Assembly: GCA_030390025.1 (NCBI GenBank)
Contig: CM059432.1
Coordinates: forward strand, 103,232,001-103,296,000
DNA from: Squalus acanthias
Taxonomy: Eukaryota
Length of the DNA: 64,000 bases
Reading direction: 5' to 3'
Each line of letters starts with the position of its first letter. Position 1 is the stretch's first letter. The notes under the pieces are model-generated. The model saw only the letters and a program-made list of their open reading frames with translations, searched no databases and was not told the origin of the DNA. Positions 24,780 through 36,035 of the stretch are shown piece after piece. Position numbers and translations under genes: made by a program.

Positions 24780-26157
24780 ATTACCTTAAATCTGTGTCCT
24801 CTGGTTATTGACCCTTCTGTTGTGCTTGATGCTGAGGTTAGAGGGCATATTTTGACCTTTGTGCAGCCAACAAGCGAGGCGTGCCTCCTGGTTGCCCGTT
24901 AGGCCATCAAAGAGGCCCGAACTATTTCAAGGCTTAGGCCTCATTGGCATGGCCCCGGAGAGTTACACGCCTCAAATGGGCATCCTGTTCCAGCTTGCCA
25001 TTTGGCCAGCGGAGGAATTCCGGCTGGCTTGGATGTCGAGGCAGGGAAGTCCAAGGGGGGCCAACCGTAGAGGGGTCAACTCCTGAGTGGCAGCAGCTTG
25101 TGGTGCCTGGAGGAGCACCCCACAAAAATCAAATTAAAAACAATTTGGCCCATTTTTTGAAATCGCCACCCAGTTGACCCTCAAAATTGCAATCAGGGTG
25201 CTATGTGCGTCGTAGGCCCTAGATTTGCCTATTAAAACCACCTACTGCTGCAAACAGGCTGGCATCCAGCTGCACAGCAGAAGACACTTTCCAAGCTGAC
25301 AGCGGCTGGTGTGGCAGCGTAACTGGGGCGGTAAGTGTTCTGAAGACATTTACGGGGCACTACCGCCCCATTTACTCCAGGCAGGCCAATTTAAAATCAG
25401 GACCTAGGTGTCTAAGGTGGAAAACTATTAGAGCCACAACACAGATATCCAACACTTCAAGGAAAACAAAAATATGAATTTAAAAGAGGTCAGGGATAAG
25501 TATTTTCCACTATTTTTTTCTGATGACAATGCATGTTATCGCTTCAATATTGTTTCATATATTGTATTTTTTAATACGGTCATTTGAAATCTTCATTACC
25601 TACCTCTTGACTGGTCACCAGATCACTGATATTGGAATGGCTCATGACTAAATTTATTGGGAGAAAATTCGGTTGATTAGCGCCTCCCGTTAGCGCCCTA
25701 AGAGGGCGCTAATGGGGCGCAAAGCAACTAGCGCCCGGGCACGGCAATGTTTCTGCCGCTTGACCAGACATTTCGCGGCGGTGCTAAACACTACCGCTAC
25801 GATCTCCTGCGCCCACAGATCGTGACGTCAGTCGAGCATGCAACGCCCCGGTAATGCCCCGGACCGGATATTGAGTGGCACCCCCTGCCTTTCCGCCTGC
25901 CGCTAGCAACGACAGGTAGAGGGGAACGTTTTGCAGTCGGGAAGGGGCTGGGGGAGCGCTATTTAAAGGCGGCCTCTTCCTGCATTTTTTTGTTGGCGAC
26001 ATTTTTGCACCACGCATTCTGAGAGAGAGAGAGAGATTCTGAGAGAGAGAGAGACTTCTGGAGAGATTCAACGCTGTGTGAAGGAGTTTTGGGTACTGAG
26101 CAGCACTTTGCAGGTTCTTTTTGATTTGACCTTCCTTGCATCGATTTAGAAGAGACC

Positions 26158-27329
26158 ATGGCGGCTGCACTGATTCGGGGTGTCGTCCTGCACCTGCAGA
26201 ATCGGAGGCATCAGAGACGCAGAGAGAGAGTGGCAAACATGGCCAGAGGGAGGAGGGCCAACAGGCCTCTGCACAGGAGACCTTACCCTCCCAGGGTATT
26301 CCAGGAGCAATTCTCCTACATTCATTTGTCTGAGGAGCAGTGTTTGAGCAGGCTGCACTTCAGCAAGGAGGTGGTCACTGAGCTCTGCCACCTGCTGCAA
26401 CCAGATCTGCAGCCTCAACTGAGGACCAGGACGTCTCTGTCGGTGGCAGTGAAGGTGACAGTGGCTCTGAATTTTTATGCCAGTTCTGAATTTTTATGCC
26501 AGTGGCTCCTTTCAAGCATCTACTGGGGACATCGCCAATATCTCCCAGTTCACTGTCCATCTGGGAGGTGACAAATGCCCTGTATAAAAGGAGACGCCAG
26601 TACATCTCTTCCCCCATGACCCAGGCCAAACAGCATGAATGCACATGTGGCTTTGCTAGGATAGCGGGCTTCCCCATGGTGCAGGGCGCAATTGACTGCA
26701 CGCATGTGGCATTGCGGGCACTGCATGAAAATGCAGAGGTTTTCTGAAACCGCAAGGGCTACCACTCTTTAAATGTGCAGTTGGTCTCTGACCACAGACA
26801 GCTCATACTCGCCGTCAATGCCCGTTATCCTGGCAGCAGCCACGATGCTTTCATCCTGCGCCAGAGTGGTGTGCCAGACCTTTTCCAGGCACTGCGTCAG
26901 CCAAGTGGATGGCTCCTCGGGGACAAGGGTTATCCACTGTGCACCTGGCTGATGACATCGCTCCGTAACCCCAACACCCCTGCCGAGCTGCAGTATAATG
27001 AGAGCCATATCGCCACCAGGAACATAATTGAGCAGACGATCGGCATGCTCAAGCAACGGTTCCGCTGTCTGGACCACTCAGGAGGAGCCCTGCAGTACTC
27101 TCCTGAGCGAGTCTCCCTCTTCATAGTTGTGTGCTGCATGCTTCACAACCTGGCAATCCTGAGGACCCAGCCAATGCCACCAGGGATTGGTGCACCACCT
27201 GAGGAGGAGGAGGAGGAAGAGGAGGAGGAAGAGGAAGAGGATGATCAGCAGCAGCAAGGTGGGAGGGAGGCGCACAATGTTGCCACTGTAAGGGCCGTCC
27301 GACAATGGCAGATAACAAGCCACTTCTAG
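26158..27329 (+). pseudogene. H2 Harbinger transposase, disrupted
   Basis: GAIDCTHV, LLGDKGY and RNIIEQTI motifs; broken by a 19-bp tandem duplication (26466-26503), a further frameshift and a TGA at 26745-26747. Confidence 0.92.
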
Positions 27330-28291
27330 GCCTCTACTCAGCAGATGGCTTCTGGCATGGAGAACAACATCATGGAAAGCAACCCGCACCCCCTATTGCC
27401 GGCCAAAGCTGCAATGATTCCAAAGGCCAAAAATGTAAATTTTGAATACAACAACTTTTTTCTTTAACAAACTCTGTGTGTGTCATTTATTCAGGACAAA
27501 CAATTAGAAACAAACACAACAAATCATGAATTTACAGAACTGGTTCTCACAAGATGGAGATAAACGGCAAAACAGTAAACAAATGTAATCACACGAACCT
27601 CAACCTTTACTACAAACATTCCCACCATTTATTTAGACCTCCTACTGTTTGCCCTTCGAGGGTGATCTCCATCCCCTGCGCACTTACCCCCTTCCCACCC
27701 TACTGCTCCTCCGTAATGGGGCCCCAGTGGCTGTAGCAAGGCTGGTGGAAGGCTGCTGAATGTCAGATGCAGAGACTACAGATGCCCTTGAAGGACGCCC
27801 TCGACCAGCTCTGGGCCTGGAGGGCCCAGCTGCAGACTGCACCAACTCTGCATGGGTGGCAGCAGTCTGGGCTGGCTGTGTTGCAGGCGGTGGCAAGTGC
27901 AATGGGGAACTGCCAGTGGTGGGAGCAGGAATGCTGTCAACCTGAGAAAGGACAGCACCTTCCTGCTCGACCGACACACTGGCACTCCCACGGGGCAGTA
28001 CCTCAGCATCCAGAGCAATCTGCTCGAGCATAGATTGCTGGCCTGCTGCGGCATCGTGAGAGCCCCGGGGCAATGTGGCCGACCCAGCGATGATGGCAGC
28101 AGTCAGTGCTTGCGTGGCCTCAATCTGAGACTGCATGAGAGCAGTCTGAGATTGGATGGCAGCAGCCAGTGACTGAATTGCAGCACTAAGCCGTTGCGTT
28201 GCATCGGCCTGTGCTGCAGCGGAGTGCTCCACGCTCTTTGCCAGTCCATCAATGCTTTCAGGCACCCTTGCCATTGCACCCATGAGCTCAG

Positions 28292-28485
28292 TGTCGTAAG
28301 AATGAGCCTTACGCGTGGTGAACTTAAAGTAAGCTTTAATCAACTAAAAAGGTGCTACATACAAAAGAGGTCTTACTCTATGCCTCTCCAGGATTCAACT
28401 GATCAGTCCAGTATTTATCCTGGACTAATCACAGGAAGTGATGCAATAAAGTTCGAGTCACAGGAAGCTGTATTGTGTTACCACA
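28292..28485 (-). repeat. 3' LTR
   Basis: No difference from 32540-32733 seen by eye; adjacent to the PPT. Confidence 0.95.
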
Positions 28486-28497
28486 TTCTCCCCCCCC
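28486..28497 (-). other. Polypurine tract
   Basis: GGGGGGGGAGAA on the minus strand directly before the 3' LTR. Confidence 0.9.
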
Positions 28498-28503
28498 AAA
28501 AGA

Positions 28504-31500
28504 TTAGGAGGCCGGGATGCTCCCTCCATTTCGTAGCCGCCGGACGAGGGAGAGCCGCACCCGTTTGGGTTCTCGTAGTGGTAGAGGGCCCCTAGCCCGT
28601 TTACCCGCCGCGGGCCGTGGACCAGAGTCCGAGTGATCCAGCCCGCTCTGTGAGGGGTCAGGACGATCCTGACTGTGTACTGGTGCCCGAACGGGTGTCG
28701 GGCAGGGCTGTGGCAGATCCGTTTCCGAGCGTACGGTACGGGGTGGATCGTGGCTGCGCGTGCGAGCCCCGACGGGCTCATAGTCAGTCTGCCCCAGGTC
28801 GGCACGCTGGAGTGAGGTACCATCCGGCGTCAGATCCAGATCGTGATGAGAGGCACCTGGCGAGCCCAGAGATGTGCCTGGTACAATATCATCCCCTGGT
28901 GTCCCTCTATGTTTCGGCGGGCAGGGAGCCAGATCCCGCAATGACACGGTAGATTCCCGACCGTCAGGATACCGAATATAGGCGTAGGTAGGGTTGACGT
29001 CAGTGAGCTCAACCTCATCTACCAGGGGGTCATTCTTAGACGCCCGGACATATCTTCGGAGTAGCACTGGTCCCGGTGCAGTCAGCCACGACGGAAGAGA
29101 TATCCCATAGGATGAGCGACGCTGAAATCGGAAGAACCGTTCATGAGGCGTCGTATTTGTGGCGGTCGAAAGGAGGGACCGTGTGGAGTGTAATGCGTGT
29201 GGAAGTACTGCTTCCCATTGCTGGTTGGGTAGGCCCCGAGATCTCAAAGCCAGACGTACCGCATTCCAGATGATAGCGTTAAAACGCTCGACTTGCCCAT
29301 TCCCGACCGGATGATAAGGCGTCGTTCTGCTGGCAGCAATACCCCGTTCCGAGAGATAGGCCTTGAGTTCTCCTGACATAAAAGAAGGGCCCCGATCCGA
29401 ATGAACATAGGATGCCATGCCACAGAAAGCAAATACCTGCTCAAGGCAGCTGATAACCGTGGTCGTCAGCATATTGGGGCAGGGAAAGGCAAACGGAAAA
29501 CGGGAATACTCATCGACCATGGTCAATAGATAAGTGTTGCGAGTTGAAGAGGGCAATGGCCCCTTAAAATTGATGCTAAGCCGTTGCATTGGCTGGGTCG
29601 CATGTATGAGTATATCACCCGAGGGGCGGAAAAACTGAGGTTTCAATTCCGCACAGACTCTGCAGTCCGAGCACATCTTCTTTACATCCCCGGTAGAGAA
29701 TGGGAGATTTCGGGACCGCACGAAGTGTAGCATGCGAGTAACGCCCGGATGACACAACCCATCATGGATGTCTACGAGCGTAGAGGGTGCCATGGCGGAG
29801 CAGAATGCTCGTGTGAAGGTATCCGGAGCCACATTCTCCTTGCCAGGTCGATAGTGGATGGTGTAACCAAAAGAGGCCAATTCCAGCCGCCAAAGCTGGA
29901 TTTTATTATTTTTAATTTTGGTCCGTTTTCGATTATCGAGCATGAAGGCGACCGATCGCTGGTCCGTGATTAAGGTAAAGTGCTGGCGAGCTAGGAGATG
30001 AGTCCACTTCCGTACTGCCTCTATGATGGCTGTAGCTTCTTTCTCGACTGGAGGATAATGTAGCTCAGCCCCTTGAAAAGTCCTGGACAAAAATGCCACC
30101 GGACGACCTTCCTGATTCAGAGTGGCCGAGATCGCCACCTCCGAGGCATCACACTCAACAACAAAAGGAAGACTCTCATCGATGGAGTGAAGAGCCGCTT
30201 TCTCCAACTGTTTTTTCAGGAGGTTAAAGGCTGCAACAGCCGCTGTGTCCAGTGGGAATGTGCTGGCCTTCAGTAGAGGTTGGATTCGGTCCGAGAAGTT
30301 AGGAATCCATTTAGCATAGTATGCAAACAGGCCGAGGGCCCGGCGCAAGGAGGCCGGATTCTTAGGTGGCGGGAGTTCTTGGAGTGGGCGAAGCCTTTCA
30401 GGGTCAGGTTTAATGATGCCATTGCCCACACAATAGCCAAGGATGTTGATGGTTGGTTGTGACTCAATGGATTTAGCCGCATTTAATGTCAAATTACTGG
30501 TGCTGGAGTGCATCCCAAAATCGTTGGAGATTGGTGTCATGTTCCCGCTGATTGCGACCTGCGACAGTAATATTGTCCAGATAAGGAAACGTATCCTTCA
30601 AGTCTTCCTGTTTGACCAGGTCATCCATTGCTCGCTGGAAGACAGCCACTCCATTAGTGACCCCAAAGGGGAGGCGACGAAATTGATACAGCCGTCCATT
30701 GGCTTCAAAGGCCGTATACTGCTTGTCTGAGACCTTCAAGGGTACCTGATGATAGGCACTTTTCAGATCATATGTTGAGAACACCGTGTACTCAGCCAGT
30801 TTATTAACCATATCATCGATGCGCGGCAATGGGTATGCGTCCAAGTCCGTATATTGATTGATGGTCTGTGAATAGTCAATGCACAGCCGTTTCTTGTGAG
30901 GTTGTAGAGGGTTCTTAACAATAACGACCTGGGCGCGCCATGGCGACGAACAAGGCTCGATGATATCCTCTGCTAAAAGCCGAGAAATCTCAGCCGCAAT
31001 AAAAGACTGGTCTTCCTGACTGAAACGTCGTGACTTTGTTATAATCGGTTTGCATCGAGGAGGGATACTGGTAAACAGTGAGGGTTCATCCAGTGAAGCT
31101 GCTGACAATGCACAGAACGGTAATCGAGGTCGTATATTAGAAATAGTGAGTTCAGGTTTGGATCCGCCGAACTCAATGGTGAGCTTCTTATGCTGCTTTT
31201 GAAAATCCAGCCCTAAGATAAGATCACTACATAAGTCCTTGAGCACCGAAAGCCGGGTGGAGGGATACCTGTGACCATTAAGTGTTATTTCAACCATACA
31301 AAAGCCAGAAATTCTGGTATTAAGTGATGACTGAGCCATCGCAATTGCCTGGTCCGATGGGAAAACATGTAGCTTTAACTCTGCAACAATCTGTTCCCTA
31401 ATGAAACTATCAGTGCTACCTGAGTCAATTAAGGCATCTAAAGTATGTCCATTAATTGATGCTTTTGTAGCTGCATGGAATAGGTTCTGAGGACAAGCAG

Positions 31501-32461
31501 CTGTAATTGGTGTCGTTGCACAAAGAGTGGCTGAAACTCTAGGTGTGTTTCTTCGAGAGAAAACCCGAGAGGAAGCACGATAGATTTTAGCCGGAACATC
31601 TTGATAGGCCCTTACCGGGGCAGTTCGGTAGGACTTAGCTTGATAAGCCCTCGTAGAGGCTCTTGATAGGCAAACCTTTGCAAAATGACCCTTTTTGTTG
31701 CAATGACTGCAAAACGCATTGCGAGCAGGGCAGAATTTCCGAGGGTGAAACTCATCACCACAAAAGAAGCATTTCTTAGATTGCCAAGAGGCTGCCACAG
31801 TGGGGTCATCATCCTCTTCATCAGTGAAGTCATCAGATTGATCGTCAGGGATAAAGTCCTCCCTAATAGAGTTCACCTGTGGCCTCTTAAATTGCCTGAC
31901 TGTAGTTAAGGCAGCAGACCGAGGTCTGGGCACTGTATAAAGGTCTGCATTTCTTTTTGCCAGATCTAGAGAGCAAGCCATGTCATAAGCTCTCTGAAGC
32001 TCAAGTGTCTTACTTTCCAGTAGACGCTGGCGTATAAATGGGGAGGCAAGCCCGCAGATGAAAGCATCACGGATCATTTCTTCACGGTACAGCTCAGCTG
32101 AGGCCGCCTGAAAGTTACAGTCCATACTAAGTCTGCGAAGCTCTTGGAGGAATTTATCAATGGATTCCTCCGGCCCTTGTTGGGCTGTAGCTAGTAGATG
32201 TCTGGCATAGACCTCATTCGGTGTCTTAGTATATAGTCTTTTAAGCGTCCGAATTGCCTCCTCGTAACTGCCCCATTCCTCGACATACTGAAATACATTT
32301 GGGGTGACACAGTTGATGAGTATCCGCAATTTTGAGTCATCATCAGCCTTGCAATATTCGAGAAAATTGTCAAACGTGCGATACCAGTGTTTCCACACCT
32401 TACCGGCTGCTGGGGTGTTTGGGTCCAAGTCAAGACGCGATGGTTTAAGGATGTTTTCCAT
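28504..32461 (-). pseudogene. Gypsy gag-pol polyprotein with one frameshift near 30495
   Basis: Two CX2CX4HX4C knuckles, protease LIDSGS, RT (LPFG, YLDN), RNase H (CDAS, EKE, TDQ), integrase HHCC plus HSDRG and GQVER. ORFs 30494-32461 and 28504-30540 join if 1 nt is removed. Confidence 0.93.
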
Positions 32462-32527
32462 GATGGGTGATTCCCTGGATCCTTAGTTCCGAGTTCGTCA
32501 AAAAAGTTTGAGTGCGAAGTTTTTCAA

Positions 32528-32538
32528 AGTTGATTAAA
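32528..32538 (-). other. Primer-binding-site position; complementary to the element's own LTR
   Basis: TTTAATCAACT begins 1 nt after the 5' LTR and has no TGG start; its perfect complement is at 32583-32593. Confidence 0.7.
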
Positions 32539-32539
32539 T

Positions 32540-32733
32540 TGTCGTAAGAATGAGCCTTACGCGTGGTGAACTTAAAGTAAGCTTTAATCAACTAAAAAGG
32601 TGCTACATACAAAAGAGGTCTTACTCTATGCCTCTCCAGGATTCAACTGATCAGTCCAGTATTTATCCTGGACTAATCACAGGAAGTGATGCAATAAAGT
32701 TCGAGTCACAGGAAGCTGTATTGTGTTACCACA
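32540..32733 (-). repeat. 5' LTR
   Basis: TG...CA ends; TATA-like GATAAATA inside the inverted repeat AGTCCAG/CTGGACT; ATTAAA signal. Confidence 0.95.
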
Positions 32734-34939
32734 CTCAGTGTGCATGCTCAAGGCCTGGCTATTCATTTCCGTGATGACGTGCTCCTCCTCCGAGTCCAGT
32801 GCAGCAGGACTCGCTTGCCTACTCGCCCTCCGGGGAGATGGTCCCCGAGCTTCCCTACCCCCATGGTGTTGCTGCAGCCCGCTGAGTCCCGGAGCTCCGT
32901 CCTCATCATACCCTTCCCCCCTGCTCCCCTCCAGGGAAGGCGTGGTCCCAGTGTGGGCAATGGTTCCCTCGGAAGACGCAGGTGCTGAGGCTCCAGCTTC
33001 CTCTTCCTCCTCGCCTGGGGCGTCGCTCCCACTGCTTGGTTGAGGGACAGGCTGCTCAGCTGGTGGTTCACTATCTGAAAGCAGGGAGGTACAAGAGTGG
33101 CTTTAGCGTCAGGACAGGGGGGCAGTAAGGGAGCAAGGACTGGAGACATTTAGTAAGTTGGATTGAAAGTGTAAAAGGCTGGTGTTGTGAGGGGCAAGTG
33201 GAATGAGAGAGGAGAGAAAGCTGATGAAATTACCATTGCTGTCCCGAAGGGGGTCGACCTCTCCAGCGGCCATGGCACCTATCACCTGGCTGGCAACGAT
33301 CCTGTGCACGCACGCCTCCAAATCGCTGAGGGTGTGTAGCTCAGCCGGTCCTCTTCCCATGCATTGCTGCTGGCGCCTGTTGTGAGATAGCTTGGCCTGC
33401 AAGAAAAAGGACGGCATCTGAGTGAATGTGCAGCCATGTGCTTGCCTGATGTGCCTCCCATAGTTGAATAGCCCTTAATGTATGCAAGGTGTGGAATGTG
33501 CGTGTGTGGTTTATGAGATGGCCATAGGTCTTGGATGAGTGTTGGGCATTTGGGGTTTTTAAACCTTCTGGGCACAGAGTGAAGTTGAGATGGAGGGATG
33601 TAGAGGTACTGAAAAGTAGCTACTCACCCTGACCACCCGAGTGAGGTCGTTGAACTTCTTCCGACATTGCGTGTGGGTCCTGGGCACCATGCTCCTGGAG
33701 GAGACGTGCTGAGCCACCTCCCTCCACACTCCTAAATTCTCGTGGCAATGGCCTCCAGCCATTCTGTGGGTAGAGTACTGACCTTCAGCGCTCCACTGCA
33801 TCAACCAGAGCCACCAAGGCCCGGTCGCTGAAGTGCTGAGCTCTTTCCCTTGGCCTCGCCATTATTCTTTCCAGCAGAATTGAAGTTCAGGTCTGTCCAG
33901 GCCGAGATTCAAGGCTGCAATGAGCAGGGTGTGGCTGGAGAGCAAGATCGACCCTCCCCTTTAAGAATTGGCTGGCGCCTGTGTGTCTGTGTTCTATTGC
34001 TAACTGACATCACCTGAGCTTCGCCAGAGCTCTGAGGTAGCTCCTCGCTCCTCGGCGTTAGCACCTTAAGAGAGATGTGTAGCGCCTGATTTAGCGATCA
34101 AATCACCTCCAGGGCCGATAGAAGCCAAGTTTGCAGTCGGAGGTGATAATTAGCGCCAGGCACTAAACTTTGCGCCCGGCCGATAATTGCGCCCCAAACG
34201 GGGCGATACCGAATTTCTCCCCCATTGTATTTTATGGTTTTCTATAGCAGAAATAGGGAACTTCTTCCAATCCCAAAACCATTTCAAATCCTCTTATTTG
34301 ACTCCAAGAAATGCATTACATTTTCATAGAAGTTCTTCACATTTCCACTGGCTTGTTCAGTTTGCTCTGGGATGAGTTAACCACATGTAAGAATACACAG
34401 GTGTTGAATCTCTGTCAAGGGTCTCGGTTTTAAAATAGGGTCTGAATTGCAGATCGGTTCCCTAATATTGAATACATTTAGTTGTATACCTTTAAATATT
34501 GGCTTGATTATTATTTTTCACTATGATTTAACATTAAGCTTGGGCACAGAACTTGGAGACAGAGCTGGGTGAGTCACAATCAGAATTGATTACAAACAGT
34601 AGTGGAAGCTGAGAATTTGGTGACAGTAGGAATTAGGTGGAGAGCAGGAAGGCAATTTCTCACGTCCAACTCAAAAGAAGGAGTGGAGCCCCAAAACCCA
34701 AGGATTCTAAGATAAGTAGTGAGGTTAATTATCTAGATATCTAATATTTAGGTTCTTTTTGATTAGTATCTCAGTGGTTCTTGTTAAGCTTGAGTTCACT
34801 TTGAGGATCAAATATAAAAATAGCTGTATAGTTTAGACCTAGTTAACAGCAATTATATAAATAATCACCTTGTATCTAAGGAGTTTATTTTAAGTTTCTA
34901 ATTAGAATGGAGGGACAGCCGCAACCGGTAGGCTGCAGT

Positions 34940-36035
34940 TCCTGTCCGTGTCCGTTCTATCTCCCGCACTTCTGCCCTCACCCCTGCCCCTCCCTCCCAG
35001 AACCACGATAGGGTTCCCCTTGTCCTCACCTTTCACCCCACCAGCCTCCACATTCAATGGATCATCCTCCGCCATTTCCGCCACCTCCAGCGTGATCCCA
35101 CCACTAAACGCATCTTCCCCTCATCTCCCCTTTCAGCATTCCGTAGGGACCGTTCCCTCCACGACACCCCAGTCCACTCCTCTACCACCCCCAGCACCCC
35201 TTCCCCTTCGCCCGGCACCTTCCCGTGCAAGCGCAGGAGATGCAACACATGCCCTTATACCTCCTCCCTTCCCACTGTCCAGGGCCCCAAACACCCCTTC
35301 CAGGTGAAACAGCGATTTACTTGTACTTCTTGCAATTTAGTATACTGTATTCACTGCTCACGATGTGGTCTCCTCTACATTGGGGAGACCAAACGCAGAT
35401 TGGGTGACCGCTTGGCGGAACACCTCCGTTCAGTCCGTAAGGGGGACCCCGAGCTCCCGGTGGCCTGTCACTTTAATTCACCGCTTCACTCCCACTCTGA
35501 CCTCACTGTCCTCGGCCTCTTGCATTGTTCCACGGAAGCTCAGTGTAAGCTCGAGGAACAGCACCTCATCTTTCGATTAGGCACTTTACAGCCCTCTGGA
35601 CTCAACATAGAGTTCAACAATTTCAGATTATAACCTCGGCCCCTATCACATATATATATATATATTTTTTATCCACACATTTTGTTTGGCCTTTTTTTCT
35701 TCCCTCCCACATGGCACTTTGTTCCTTAACCTGTCACATTACCACCTCCTCTTGTCTTGAATATCTCTTAATGTCTCTCAATGTCTCAATCTCTCCTGCT
35801 TTCTATCCTATCACTGACCTTCCCTTTTGTTCTTTCATCCCCTCCCCCATTTCCCCGCCCCTAAACCTGCTATAAAATCTATTCCATTTCCTGCTTTTTT
35901 CCAGTTCTGACGAAAGGTCTTCGACCTGAAACGTTAACTCTTTTTCTCTCTCCACGGATGCTGCCTGGCCTGCTGAGTTTTTCCAGCATTTTCTGTTGTT
36001 ATTTCGGAATTCCAGCATCCACAGTATTTTGCTAT
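34940..36035 (+). mobile_element. 5'-truncated Penelope-like element (Neptune-type): linker, GIY-YIG endonuclease and 3' terminal region
   Basis: Open frame to 35633: VPLVLTFHP...CKRRRCNTC...NLVYCIHCSRCGLLYIGETKRRLGDRLAEH...HF...GLN. Confidence 0.9.
35903..35939 (+). ncRNA. Minimal type I hammerhead ribozyme motif
   Basis: Stem I AGTT/AACT, core CTGACGA, stem II AGGTC-TTC-GACCT, GAAAC, GTT cleavage triplet; palindromic AACGTT stem III. Confidence 0.8.

Larger units (their letters stand above)
23905..24820 (-). mobile_element. CR1 3' fragment split by nested insertions
   Basis: CR1 3'-end sequence at 23905-23957, 24494-24684 and 24780-24820. Confidence 0.8.
28292..32733 (-). mobile_element. 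Full-length Ty3/Gypsy LTR retrotransposon
   Basis: Two TG...CA 194-bp LTRs, 5-bp TSD CTCAG (28287-28291, 32734-32738), polypurine tract, domain order gag-PR-RT-RH-IN. Confidence 0.97.
27684..33862 (-). pseudogene. H2 Myb/SANT-like gene, 3 exons (33862-33628, 33396-33234, 33074-27684 minus the Gypsy insert)
   Basis: MARPRERAQHFSDRAL...WREVA...RTHTQCRKKFNDL|gtgagt; exon 2 begins AKLSHN; exon 3 reads ...ALSMHTE across the insertion into LMGAMARV...; exon 1 has a stop and a frameshift. Confidence 0.82.
25659..34223 (+). mobile_element. Full-length Harbinger transposon (element H2) containing a Gypsy insertion
   Basis: TIRs GGGAGAAAATTCGGT / ACCGAATTTCTCCCCC; apparent TSD ATT; convergent transposase and Myb genes. 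Confidence 0.92.

Noticed and set aside
28504..28920. Chromodomain or env after the integrase
   Set aside because: The tail is low-complexity Pro/Arg/Asp-rich with no such motifs, and the ORF ends at the PPT.
30490..30500. Programmed gag-pol frameshift
   Set aside because: The break is inside RT, not at the gag/pol boundary; mutation or assembly error.
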